From Callorhinchus milii (Eukaryota), in assembly GCF_018977255.1 (NCBI RefSeq), contig NW_024704743.1:56794001-56858000 (forward strand): 64,000 bases of DNA, written 5' to 3'. This document shows positions 47,598 through 59,359 of the stretch, one piece after another (positions within the stretch are counted from its first letter, which is position 1; each line of letters starts with the position of its first letter). The translations under genes were made by a program, and so were the position numbers. Under the pieces are notes generated by a model, which was given only the letters and a program-made list of their open reading frames with translations, was not told the origin of the DNA and did no database searches.

Positions 47598-49054
47598 ACC
47601 CAGAGAGTGCACCATCTCACTGCTGACCATTTTGTCATGATAGAGGAGATCAACATCCACTTGCAGGGCTTCTGTGCAATATCTGCTGTCTTTCATTGAA
47701 GCCATCGGTCAGACTCTGAGGCTTTTGGCCAAGAGCTCCAAGAGATGACAAAGTCTTTGCGTTGGCCTAAAGAGAACATTGTCACGCCCATACACATTGA
47801 TATGGCAGAACTCTTATTTTGCTTTGTAGATACAGGACAAACTTCCTGCCTGCCTGGCCTTTGCCTGCCTGGCAATCCAGAAGTGGGTGGTCAACAGGTT
47901 ATATTACACCAGCAGAGCAGGTCACCAATGCTGACATGGCCCCCTAAGGAGCAATCAGCCTCTTCACTGGTCAAGCAGTAGCAGGTGATTCAAGTGACTA
48001 TGAGGTGAGTACAGTTTCTTCATACATGTTGAACAACAACAACAATAAATTACATTTGTATAGCTACGTTCACATTGGAATAATTTCCCAAAGTGTTGGA
48101 ATCCACTTACCCCCCAATCAGTTGAGTGAAATGGCAAGTCTTCCATTCCCAGAAGAGCATTGCTTGGGAATCTGTGTTACAGTGGATCACGTCACAGAAG
48201 TGGCAGAGCTACCTGTAAACTGTAAAGCAAATTCCATCTCTCCCCCATCCCCCTATGCCAATCCAACGAGGATCCCATGCTCCCTTAGGACCACGTAGTG
48301 TATGAGATCAGGCTCCTGCTCTCCATTAATTTTCCTCAGAAACTGTTGCTTTTGAATTGTTTCATTGACAGAAGTGTGCTGGGAATTGCAAGTCATATGC
48401 TTTTTTTTGATATTTTGTTTAATAGGTTGGGGTTAATATTAGAGTAATAAATTTACTCCTGGTATTGAAGCAGGTTTGTTACATTGTTATCAGTAGACAC
48501 TCATTGCCTGAGCTAAAAAAAAGACAAGCAGAGTAGTGTACACTCTGACACAAAAAACATGACACGTTGGAATTACAAGTGTTAAATTTCCTCCTAAATC
48601 TTGAATTTCCTCTTTTGCATTCTCAGAATTCATGCGATAGACTGGCACTTGCTGAAGAGCCAGCACATAAAGAAAACTTTCATCTCATCTGTTTTGACTG
48701 CTGTCAAACCCAGGTCAACATGATGCAACAATATTTTAACACATTGCACCGCATAGATCCCCCTTGCAGATTTTAAAAACAAACATTTGTTTTAACTCAA
48801 TAAAGTCTGCTGAAAGTTGACAGCACTCTCTGATCTAAATCATTGAACAGAGATATTTAATCCTCAGATTTTCTCTGATCCTCTCCTGAAGGTGTTGACC
48901 TATGGTGTCATACAGGTGCATACCCACATCCTGGCAAAGTCCCTGCATGTGGCAACAACAAACAGTCTTATGAGCAAGACAGAGAGCTTTAATCAGTTTC
49001 CCGAGAGTCTTTTTGTAGTGGTTCGGCTTTGTTCTACTGGGATGTGACTCATCT

Positions 49055-49650
49055 GGACGCAAGGCTGGACTATGGGAACTCTCTCCTTGCCGACCTTCCC
49101 GGCACCTCCCTCCACACTGCAGGTCATTCAGAACTCTGCAGCTCGTGTACTGTCCCGCACCAGGCTTCGCGACCAAATCACTCCCACCCTCGCTCGCCTC
49201 CACTGGCTCCCCATCCCCCAGAGGATCGAATTCAAGGCCATTCACGGCCTTGCTCCCTCCTACCTCTCTGACCTACTATCCCCCTACCTACCTGCCTGTA
49301 CCCTCCGTTCTTCTGGCTCCGGTCTGCTCCACATCCCCCGCCCCAACCGCCCTACCATCGGTGGCCGGGCCTTCAGCCTCTCAGCCCCTAGTCTCTGGAA
49401 CTCTATCCCCCAGTGCCTTCGCCGCCTCCTCCCTTTCCTCCTTCAAGGCCGGTCTCAAGACCTTTCTCTTTGACCGTGCCTTCAGCTCCCCTCTCAACTC
49501 TCTACCCCCTCCTCGCTCCGTCCCTTCTCTCCCCTCACCCTAACCATTTCCCCCCTGCTCGGGTCCTGACCCAACTGTCCAGCACCTTAGGACGTCCTTC
49601 CGATGTGAAAGGCGCTCTATAAATGGAATCTTGTTGTTGCTGTTATTGTT
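49055..49650 (+). mobile_element. L2 3' fragment, young
   Basis: RLDYGNSLL, IQNSAARVLSRT, LARLHWLPIPQRIEFK, GGRAFS and FKAGLKTFLF, followed by the stem-loop and a (TTG)n tail. Confidence 0.95.
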
Positions 49651-49667
49651 TTCCCTGACCTGGCTTG

Positions 49668-49825
49668 GCTCTCTCTCTCTCTCTCTCTCTGATAAAGCCT
49701 TCTCCAGTTCCTTCTCCCCACCTCTAGCTCCTTCTCCTAGAGTCCATCTTCCCTATACTTCTCCCCTCTCCTAGTTCTCTCTCAGACACATTCCAGCTAT
49801 CCTTCTCCCTCCCTCTCCCACTTCC
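49668..49825. repeat. (CT)n microsatellite and pyrimidine-rich low-complexity tract
   Basis: About (CT)10 at 49670-49690, followed by C/T-rich sequence. Confidence 0.85.
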
Positions 49826-49934
49826 TATCAGGAACGAGCAACGACCACGGCCTCTTTAGACTCCCATTCAGACTGGTTTACTCCCCTTCCCCATTCTCGG
49901 GTACAGTCTGGCTGAATAACAACTTTACCCTCTC

Positions 49935-50300
49935 GGAGCGCTTAACAGTTGCGGAGCCGGATGCAAGCCAGGGGGAGGGGTAAGTTGACTGTAGGCATGG
50001 TCGAAGAGGAAGGTCTTCAAGTGCAACCTAAAAATGGGGAGAGAGGGGGCAAGGCGAAAGAATTGAGAGAGAGTGTTCCACAGCTTCGGGCATAATAGCT
50101 GAAAGCACAGCCGCCGATGGTGGAACAGAGGGTTTGGGGGACAAAGCAGAGACTGGAGCCAGTCAAGCAGAGACAGCGGGTAGTACTGTAGGGAGAGACC
50201 AGGTTGGAGAGATGGGGTGGAGGCCAGGGCATAAAGTTGAATTTTGTGAATAATGGAGCAGGGAAGACCAGTGAGGAGGGCGTTTGAGTAGTCGAGGCGG
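49935..50300 (-). mobile_element. L2 3' fragment, internally deleted
   Basis: [20 protein letters not shown] and KLWNTL..LKTFLFDHAY. Confidence 0.9.
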
Positions 50301-50409
50301 TAGTACAACTTAAAGAAGTGCAATCATATACTGAGAGAACACACAGCCATTACCAACAATTAGTGTAAAAAATCCAAGATGAATGCAAGCATTATTATTA
50401 CAAGTGAAT

Positions 50410-50620
50410 ATGGAATTACAGACTCAAGGGGCCGAATGGCCTTCTTCTGTGCTGTAAATTTCTATGGTTCTAAATTTCAATGGTAATGGGACATTTAGGA
50501 TATAACAGCTTTACACAGAGAGTGGAAAATGTGTGGAATGAACTACCTTGAAAAGCGAGGGAAGCAGATTAGGTCACCAATTGTTTTGAGAAAATTGGAT
50601 GAAAATATCTATTAAGAGGT
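50410..50620 (+). mobile_element. CR1 3' tail and adjacent CR1 3' fragment
   Basis: GGGCCGAATGGCCTTCTTCTGTGCTGTAAATTTCTATGGTTCTA, then TTTACACAGAGAGTGG..AATGTGTGGAATGAACTACC. Confidence 0.75.
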
Positions 50621-50941
50621 AAAGAAACGTATGTTTTTTTTTACTTTGGAATGCGAAAGATGGATCACAATGTTTTTTTCCGATCCAGTGCATTACTGTG
50701 TTCCTGTTATGGAACGATTTTGTGTAAACAAAGCTTCGTAAATCTGTGCAAATGTTATAATGGAGTCATGTAAATTTTCTAATTTAATTATGACGGTGAA
50801 AGCTGGACAAATAAGAGGGTGTAAAATTCTACAAGCGCAAGCATACAGCAAGCTGTGATACTCAGCATGCCACAGGTGCCAGCTTTTCAAGGCAGATGAA
50901 ATATTGACTTTTGACTGTTTTCTCGTTCCTCCCTCTTTTAG

Positions 50942-50956
50942 AGCAGGAACATACCA
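50942..50956 (+). other. Candidate 15 nt microexon of an unidentified host gene
   Basis: TTGAC branch-like motifs and a long polypyrimidine tract ending TTTTAG, then AGCAGGAACATACCA, then GTAAGA. There is no stop codon in any frame. Confidence 0.35.
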
Positions 50957-51295
50957 GTAAGATTGCATAGCTACAATGTTCAAGTGTTTATCTATGCGAG
51001 CAAAAGTCAGCACAGTTTTCAGTACAGTTTATATTCCAGTCAAGGTGAGAGAATAGGTAGATTCCAGCTGTCTCAAATAGCTAAATATTCCTTCCTGAGC
51101 AAGTACATCTCTCTAAGACATCCTTATGGATAAGTTAAACATGCCAAATGGTACATTTACTAACCAGCACTAAGTGCTTTGGAATGTTACCCCGTATGAA
51201 GTTGTTGTTGTTGTAGCTCTCAAATAACACTTTTCATGAGATGGGTAAGAAGTATTTCTTGTACTGATCGAACAATCCAACTGATTATATGTTAA

Positions 51296-51930
51296 CCTGA
51301 CTTAGCTGGTAGCACTCTTGCCTCTGAGACAGCAGGTTGTTGTTCCAACAACAACAAAATTACATTTGTATAGCACCTTTCACGTTAGGAGGACGTACCG
51401 CACATCAGGCCCCACATCAGGACTTGGAATTCATACAGTCTAAACTGTCACGTCAACACAGTGCTGGATGGGCTGTTTTATTGTTGGAGTTGCCATCCTT
51501 CAGATGACACATTAAACTGAAGCCCAATCTGCCTGTTCAACATGAAAGATCCCATGACCCTATTTGAAAAGCGAAAGTAGGTTCTCCTGGTGTCCTGGCC
51601 AAAACAAAACAAATAAAATTGGTCATTCACTTCATGGTTGTTTGTGGGACATTGTTGTATATAATTTGGCTGCTGTGTTCACCCATAAAACACACAGTCA
51701 CACCACTTTACAGGATACAGTGGTTCGAGCACTCGTCTGGCAAGCGAGAAACCTGGGTTTGATTCCTGGCAGGGCAAAATGTTGGGCAAGTTTCCTTACT
51801 CCACACTCCTCTGTTTACCTAGCAATAAGTAGGAACCTGATTCTTAGTCGATTGGTGGATTGCTTTCCTGGGACTAATAATTCCTTTAAAAAATTGTGAT
51901 CAAGCGCTATATCAAATGCAAGGATTATTA
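51296..51930 (+). mobile_element. Deu-domain SINE (51296-51717, nested minus L2 tail at ~51346-51400) followed by a tRNA-Ala-like SINE (51718-51930)
   Basis: GGTAGCACTCTTGCCTCTGAG head and Deu core, then CAGTGGTTCGAGCACTCG...GGGTTTGATTCC...GGGCAAGTTTCCTTACTCCAC. Confidence 0.85.
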
Positions 51931-52069
51931 AGGATTTTTATTATGGAACGTCTTGCCTGACATGAAAGGTGCTATATCAAATGTTAGGATTAATATTAAC
52001 AACCACTTGCAGTTCTGTATAACCTTACAAAAAATAAATTGTATTAAAGTGATTTCCAGAAATGGAGTA

Positions 52070-52270
52070 GTAGCCTGAACAGGATGAGAGACAATGGTAG
52101 CAGGAGGGAGGTAATCAAAGATGTGGTAAAAGAGAAAGCTTTTCAGATGGGTTTTGAAAGCAGAGAGAGAAGGAGCCATGCAAAGGGATTCAGAGAGCAT
52201 TTAGAAGTGGGCTCAAGATGGTTGAGAGCTCAGCCACCGATGGTGGGATGGAAAGAGTGGAGGACATAAA
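52070..52270 (-). mobile_element. L2 3' fragment, degraded
   Basis: ORF 51928..52200 contains LSAFKTHLKSFLF. Confidence 0.75.
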
Positions 52271-54664
52271 GAAGCTTTTTCTCCATTTATTTCATTCTCA
52301 AACTGGATCCTTTACAGTAAGGAGATTGCTGAGGCTATTCCCCCCGAGATAAGTACTGAATCACTCTTTGCCAAACCCAAAATAACAGCTTGTTTGTTTG
52401 GGTGAGATGTGCTCGGTGTCTGCTACCAGGTGATTGATTGGTAACCTCTGACAGGATGAAACTTCCAGTTTTAAATTCTCAAGTCTTTACAACAAAATAC
52501 AAAACCATAACAACAAAGACTTGCATTTATATAAGCTTTTCTTATTTTGGATACATGTCTCAAAGTGCTTCTCAAAGACAACAATAATTCCCACTTTTAT
52601 AGAACCTTTCACATTGGGAGAATATTTCAAACCACTTTACAAAGGTAAGAATGGAAGAAGCCTGAACTGGGAGGAAGTTTAGGACAACATTAAAGATCAC
52701 ATAGCACGATTTGAAAAAATAAATAAATTTCTCCTGACCAAAACAAAACAAATATAATTGGTCACTCACTTAATGGTGGTGGTGGGGTAGTGGGAAGATT
52801 GCTGCTATAAGTGCAGATAGGTTTTGAAAGCAGGGAGGGATGGGATAAAGGAAAACATTTGGAAGGGAGTTCCAAAGGATGGGGCAAAAGTGACTGAAAG
52901 CTTCCTCAATAATGGAGAGGTGGTACGGATGGATGGGTTTGATGCTGTAGGATGCTGTGAGTCAAGCCTGGAAAACAAAACTTCAACAATAATTTTATTA
53001 TTTTTAAAAAAAGGTTTATTTTAACAAGGAAGCTCCACGTCTATTCATTCAGATTTTCCCCTCACACGCTCAAGCACCCAGCTTTATACTAGTGTTTAAT
53101 TATCCCTTAGGGCTAGTGCCCAATTATCCCTTTACATGTCGTTGTAACTGTTACTGTTTGGTGTAGTGACTGATTATGTGACCAATTGCAGCATCAAGCT
53201 CTTCGCAAGCCAGCAAGTGAAGTTCGGATGAAGAAGGCCCTTTGCCACCATGTGGACCGAGCTACATAAGGAACATAGATCTCTGAAGTAGCCACAGAGA
53301 ACTTGTGCCATGATGAATTGTAACCATGCAAAGGTGAAAAGTCTGCTAATCCCACGTCATGTGCTGTGGTATGTAATGAACCATGAGGCTAAAGATCTTA
53401 AAAAAGGATTTGAGCTCTAAATTCAAAGCTCTGATTCAATTGCTCTGAAGTGCCTGAACCTTCTATCAAAATATTAATTTTTCTGGTTATCAGGATCGAA
53501 AAACGGTCAGATGATATCAAAAGGAAGGGAGACCATTATTAAAAAATAATCCATTCTAAATGGATTTGTTTGGGTTAGTATGCAGCTGGAATTAAAGCTT
53601 TTTTATGTTAAGGGGGTAAGTAGATTGGTTCTTCAGAAAGCACCTAGCTTCAGTCACTGTGCATTATCACTGGAGGCTCTGATCAGACTCCAACTCAGGG
53701 TAAGGAGATCAAAGCCTCCTCTGATTGATTCCTGTTAAGAGTCACAAGTTATAGTTAAGTTTCTATGAGAAGAGCAGAGCACAGTATAACTCCCAGTGGG
53801 AGCAGGAGGAGGAATACATTAGATGTTGGCGACTCAGGCCATGAATACTTCTAGGATATTCTGGGAGGTATCCACATGATTTCAAATTGCCAAAGCTAGG
53901 AAATATATCTCTGAGTGCACCTGTTTTACAGTGTCATTGATTTGACAGTCAGAGTCTGAAGTGACAAACTGAGGTTGAATGTCAAGAAGAATCCACAGGA
54001 ATTAGAACTCTGTGCTAACAGATAAAGGGCAATAGATAAGCACAGTGCACAGTACTGAGGCCACCCCAGAGTAAAATTCAAGGTAGGTGTATTGTTGTGA
54101 TTGAGCGATTCACGATACCTGAAAAAAACCACTGAAAATGCGAGCTGGCAAATTGATGTTTGGCAGACAGCAGCAAAGAACTTGTACAGTTCTGGATTGC
54201 ATGATCAGTGATAGTGGAGAATTGGTCTGAATCTGAATTGAACAGCAATGATGGACGGCGTTATTTATGGAGTGGGATTCTTACAGTTCCGTATGATGCA
54301 CTTCTGCTTTTCTGTGGGATTTCCAATTTGTAACTTAGAATCTAAGCTAACAACTTGTGTTACCAATCATCACAAATTAGACCATCATGTAATATTTAAA
54401 CGTGGTTTTGTATCATTACTAAAACTAAAGTGGAAATAATTTTCCATCCCCTGGTATATTCTTATCATTGACAATCATATCCTTAATGCTTCCTCTGTTT
54501 TAATGCCAGAAAGTAAGAATGTTTCCAGTTTGATGTTAGTTGCAACGGAAGCAAATTTGCTCAGTTTAGATCCATTTGAACCCAAATGTAAATACATTTA
54601 AAAGTGAATGGCTTGGAATACATATAATGTGGATTTAAAAAAATGAAAGTGAAAGCAATCTTAT

Positions 54665-55095
54665 TGCCGTAAAAAGCAAATCGATTTCAAGATCCTCGTG
54701 TTCAAATCCATTCATTCCCTGGCACCTCCCTACCTCTCTGACCTCCTCACTCCCACAAATCATCCCCAGTTACATAATCCAATACTAATAATGCATTATC
54801 TTTCCATCTCTGGCCTTCAGTGAGATGTTAAACCAAAGTCCATCTGCCTGTTCAAGTGAATGTTAAAGACCTTATGGCACTGTTCGAAAATAGAAGGGAG
54901 TTTCTGGCCAACACTTCCCCAAATAAAATTGGTCATTCAATTCATGTGTGGGTCATTGCTGTGCACAAGTTGGCTGCTGTGTTCACCCACAGCACACATA
55001 GGCACTCCACTTTATAGTATATCCTGTGAAGTATTTGGGAGTCTTCTTGACATGAAAAGCATTACACCAAATGCAAGGTTTATCATTATTATGAT
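54665..55095 (+). mobile_element. L2 fragment (54665-54760) and Deu-domain SINE 3' part (54810-55095)
   Basis: ATCGATTTCAAGATCCTC..TTCAAATCC..CTGGCACCTCCCTACCTC, then TGAGATGTTAAACC...CTGCCTGTTCAAGTG...AAAGACC. Confidence 0.8.
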
Positions 55096-55619
55096 AACAC
55101 CACCTTGCAGTAGGGCACAGAGTTGTTAGAAGATGGTTATACAGCACTTTGTGAAATGCAATATAATTGGGATATGAATTTATATACTGAAAATCCAGTC
55201 AATTTTTCCTCTGAAAAATAGAATGAAATAACTTTGGATGTGACTGAACATGTGAAGCAATATGACTGTGAGTGTTCTTACATCAGCCTTAGGTATAAGC
55301 CTGTCACCAGCACAAAAGAAATTCACGTAAACTTTCTTAAGTTTTTTTTAGATTAAAATCCTCAGATGTCACAGATTGTAAACAGAGTAATTCAAAGTTT
55401 TCTTTCGATTGGCTTTTAGCAAGGTAATTACTGTATAATTATCAGGGCTTAAGTGAGAAGCTGAGCTCCTCCCTGACCCAGCACAATAGCACTGGCTCAG
55501 CGGTCTGACAGCTACCACAGCATCGGATATCTCAGACGAGATCCCATTGCTCTAGGCAGAAGTTCCACTCTGAAAGCTGCCAGCACTCAATAGCATCCTC
55601 ACCAAACCCAAATGTGTTC

Positions 55620-56550
55620 ATGCATGTTTTCTGCTCATAAAGAGAGATTCAACAGGCACTTTACACCAGCTGTTTGGGAATCGGTCTGAGGCTGAGAGGC
55701 CAATGTCTGGAGCAGACTTTCCATGGAGCGTAATCACTAGTTCGTTGATTGATATCTGACAAACACAGGTTTGAGCCCTCACTAGAATCGTAGCTTCAGT
55801 CACACATCCGTTCTCATTGAGCAATGGTTCCACTAGTTGAAGATGCAGAGTTTAAGCAGTTTACGCAGCAGTTGCTTACCTCTCTGCAGGCCAGTCAAGA
55901 TGGATTCCAGGCACTGGATGTACAAAAGTGTGTTCACAAACTCGAACTCCAGGTAACGCTTTTCAGCAGCTGTCACCCCAAGCCTCAAAGTTTCCTCATC
56001 AGCTATGTGGCTGACATCTGCCTTAACGGTGGTGGGAGGACCTTTACAGGACAGTTTATGATGTGCCAGCCACCTTGATGTTCTTGAGATCCAAGTCCAG
56101 AACTTCGTACCAGGCTTACTCAGCACCAGCTGCTTAATCCAGATCCTCATGCGAGGGGCCTTAGCAAATAGATGTGAGAGCATCCTATTTGTCTGCTGTG
56201 AAGCAGGCAAATAGCCACCTCCACCTCCAGGGTGCTTAGGGACAGGTCAGCATAGGCTGGAGCCCTCTTTCCCTGCAGCCACGTTCCATGTTTGCCATGA
56301 ATTTACAATTGTACACCTTGGAAACATTGTGATGTTATGAATATCACATAATAGAAAAGTCAACCCTCCGGCGTGGTAATGTCGGGTGTGAGAAGGTGGG
56401 GGTAGTCATATCTGTAGCTAAATATCCACAGATTGGAATTTTATATGATGTATTAATGCATTGCATGTTGAAGTTTTCACCAGCACCTGCATCCCCCACC
56501 CCGGATTTCAACGAACAGTTGCTGTTTAAGCAGTAATTTTTTAGGCCAAT
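55620..56550 (-). mobile_element. Possible decayed PIF/Harbinger Myb/SANT gene relic
   Basis: The minus strand from ~56299 reads MANMERGCRE, then (frameshift) RAPAYADLSLSTLEVEV, which resembles the RAPRF.D..LE.L start of Harbinger Myb-like proteins. LAHH..GPP follows downstream. Confidence 0.35.
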
Positions 56551-56831
56551 TCAAATTTGCTATATTCACACTACAAGGCTTTTGCACCAAACTAATTGGG
56601 TTATGAGTTGTCTTAAACATTTCATCTTAGCATTAGTAAATCAGGTGGGCTGAGAAGCACAGCCACCCAGGTTGCGGGTAAATAAAGGGAGCAAACTGGA
56701 AATTGGGCCTACTGTGGGTAAAAAAGTGAAAGGCACTGAATCAGATGCAAAAATTATCACTCAAGATGATAAAAGACTTTCTTCTCAAACTTTACTTCCT
56801 TTTACCCCCTCCTCTCCTGAAGAATCAGTCA

Positions 56832-57350
56832 CACAACAACAATTTGCAACTCATCCTCCACACAAGGTAGCGTCTCAGAGCGCTTTACAATGGTGGAGCC
56901 TGACTCCCAGCTGGGGGGTGGGGGAGGTGACTGGGTCGAAAAGGAAGGTTTTAAGGCGGGACTTGAAAAAGTGGAGAGAGGGGGCAAGGTGGAAGATTTG
57001 AGGGAGAGTTTCCAAAGTTTCAGGGCGTAGTGGCTGAAAGCGTGACCTCCAATGGTGGAGCGAAGGTTGCAAGGGACAAGCAAGAGGCCGGTGCCAGTAG
57101 GTAGGGAGGTGCCAGGGTGTGAAAGGATTTGAACCCAATGTGAGTATCCTGAAGTCAATCTGTTTAGTGATGGGGAGCCAGTGGAGCCTGGCCAGACCTG
57201 GTGAAATGGGGGTGCAGAGTTTGGTCCGGGTCAGTATGCGGGAGGCAGAGTTCTGAATGAGTTAGATTTTTTGAATAGTGGAGCTGGGGAGACCGGCGAG
57301 GAGTTCTTTTGAATAATCCAGGCGGGAGGTGACAAACACATGTACGAGTA
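56832..57350 (-). mobile_element. L2 3' fragment
   Basis: LRSTIGGHAFSHYALKLW and FKSRLKTFLFD; reverse-complement match to 25460-25925. Confidence 0.92.
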
Positions 57351-57397
57351 TTTTGATGTTGTTATCTGCTAGTAAGATAGCTCCATCTTAGTAATCT

Positions 57398-57560
57398 ACC
57401 ACCCGGCACCTCCACTCGACTGACACCGGCCTCCTGCTTGTTGACTTCAAGATCCCCACGCACATCGCCTACAAAATACATAGTCACTACATTTTATATT
57501 GTACACTGTGTAGAGCTTTGAGACGTCCTCCCAACATGAAATGCACTATATCAAAAAACA
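57398..57560 (+). mobile_element. Short L2 fragment and SINE tail
   Basis: CCACCCGGCACCTCCACTCGACTGACACCGGCCTCCTGCTTG and TTTGAGACGTCCTCCCAACATGAAATGCACTATATC. Confidence 0.75.
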
Positions 57561-57635
57561 ACAATTATTTTTATTTTATTATTACCAGGAATGCCCAATG
57601 CCTGGCTGGCGTTTCATCCAATGGTGTGTTTTAGG

Positions 57636-57698
57636 GGCTGTATGGCTCAGTGCGCAACTAGATGGTGCACTTACCCACTGAACCATAAGGGGGAGCTG
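57636..57698 (-). mobile_element. AmnSINE2-like SINE head
   Basis: CTGTATGGCTCAGT...GTGCACTTACCCACTGAACC...GGGAGC is the reverse complement of a tRNA-derived head. Confidence 0.55.
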
Positions 57699-58559
57699 AG
57701 AGAGCACTTTACAGATGAATGTTTTCTTCTATAAAACAAGGCATTTTTTAATAACTGTTTCCATTTACATACGGAATAAATATGAGCTGCACGAAGTGCT
57801 AGGAATAGAGTTCTGCTGGATTAATGATGCTCAAATGAAAGCAATGATATGTGAATGTCCCAGTCTTCTGGGTGAAAATCCCATTGTGTTTTCCCAAATT
57901 TAGATTCCGTGTATGCATGGAATGTATAATATCATTCCATTGCAAATATGACTATGCAAATCATATATAGACATTTTCTGTATGTGACACAGTGTGTGAA
58001 CCATGCACTCTTCAAATTTTGTGATTTGTCTTCATTTGCTCACAACCTATATAGTGGTTGCAAAGCTATGGATGCCATTAGGGTATCAAGGTAATCTGTT
58101 CCCAGACTTTTATCTTGGTTATGCTACACTTCTTTAGGTTTCTGTCCATTGGTAAAAAATTCCCGCATGTACTCAGAAAATATGGGGGTCTAAATAGCAA
58201 TGATTCATAATGTGATTCCTTAATTAGGACTCCAATTGGAAAAGGCAATTCGGAAAGAACATAATTATGGTAATGCACAGCATGATACACGTTCAGCTAA
58301 AACTGTGCTAGCTATCAAGACTTAATTTGTAGAGTTGAGTAGCCAGATAGTCTGGTTTATGATATTCATAGATACAGTGGGAGAATTTACCTTGAATGGC
58401 TGTATATTTGTCTGTACTGTGTTATACCTATGACATGTGCCTACTTCTGGATATGTTGGGTTTTCCCCTTTAGGAACATGGGGCAGTGTGCAGGAAGAAC
58501 ACAACCATCAGACTTGCTTTCTCCATTAACAATAATGCACAGTTTAAATTTTAACAGCT

Positions 58560-58870
58560 ATCAATATTGATATGTCACTGTTTCACCTTTTAAAGCCCTC
58601 GGCGATATTGCTCTGCCCTACCTCTGTGACCTACCAATATTGTCTACTCCATCTGCTTGTCGGGTATTGGCCCACTCCACGTCCCCTGCCACGCCCGGTC
58701 TACCATCAGTGTTTGGACTTCTAGTCTTTCTGCCTTCACCTTCTGGCCCCCTGTCCCCAAGCTCCTCCAGTTTGCCCCCTCCCTTGCCTCCTTCAAGGCC
58801 CGTCTCAAGACCATCCTCTTTAACCGTACCTTTGGTCATCTTCCCACCATCACCTTGCTCTCCACCCCAT
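58560..58870 (+). mobile_element. L2 3' fragment, degraded
   Basis: APSLASFKARLKTILFNRTFG. Confidence 0.8.
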
Positions 58871-59359
58871 GTGACACCTCTCTCATTTCCACTTATAAGC
58901 AGCAAATCAAAATGTCCTGGACTTACTCAGCATTTACTTCAGCTTGATTTAACCTGCTACTAGCCTTTTACTTCTAACATAGCTTTAGGCAAATTTAGGT
59001 TTCTGTGGTAGTGAGCAAAAGGGGAACACACACTCAAATCAGCTTAGTAAAAGCCATCCAACTCAAATTCATTCACACAGGAACTAATTTTAAGCTGATA
59101 TCAGACTGTGTGGGAATTCTATTGTAAATTGCAAACTAGCACTGGAGTAAGCTTGGGGGATATTACCAGTGGCCATGTGATAGAGCTTATCACCAATGAG
59201 TGAGTTATTCAAATCCTGTTTCAATGGGATTTTGATTTACATGACATCAACCGTGAGTAAACCATTAATGTTCCATTTTCCTTACAGCTGCCCCATTCAA
59301 TGGCAACTCAGATGCTGAAGGCCTTGACTTTATCCATTAATTGTAGCAGGGCTTCATGT

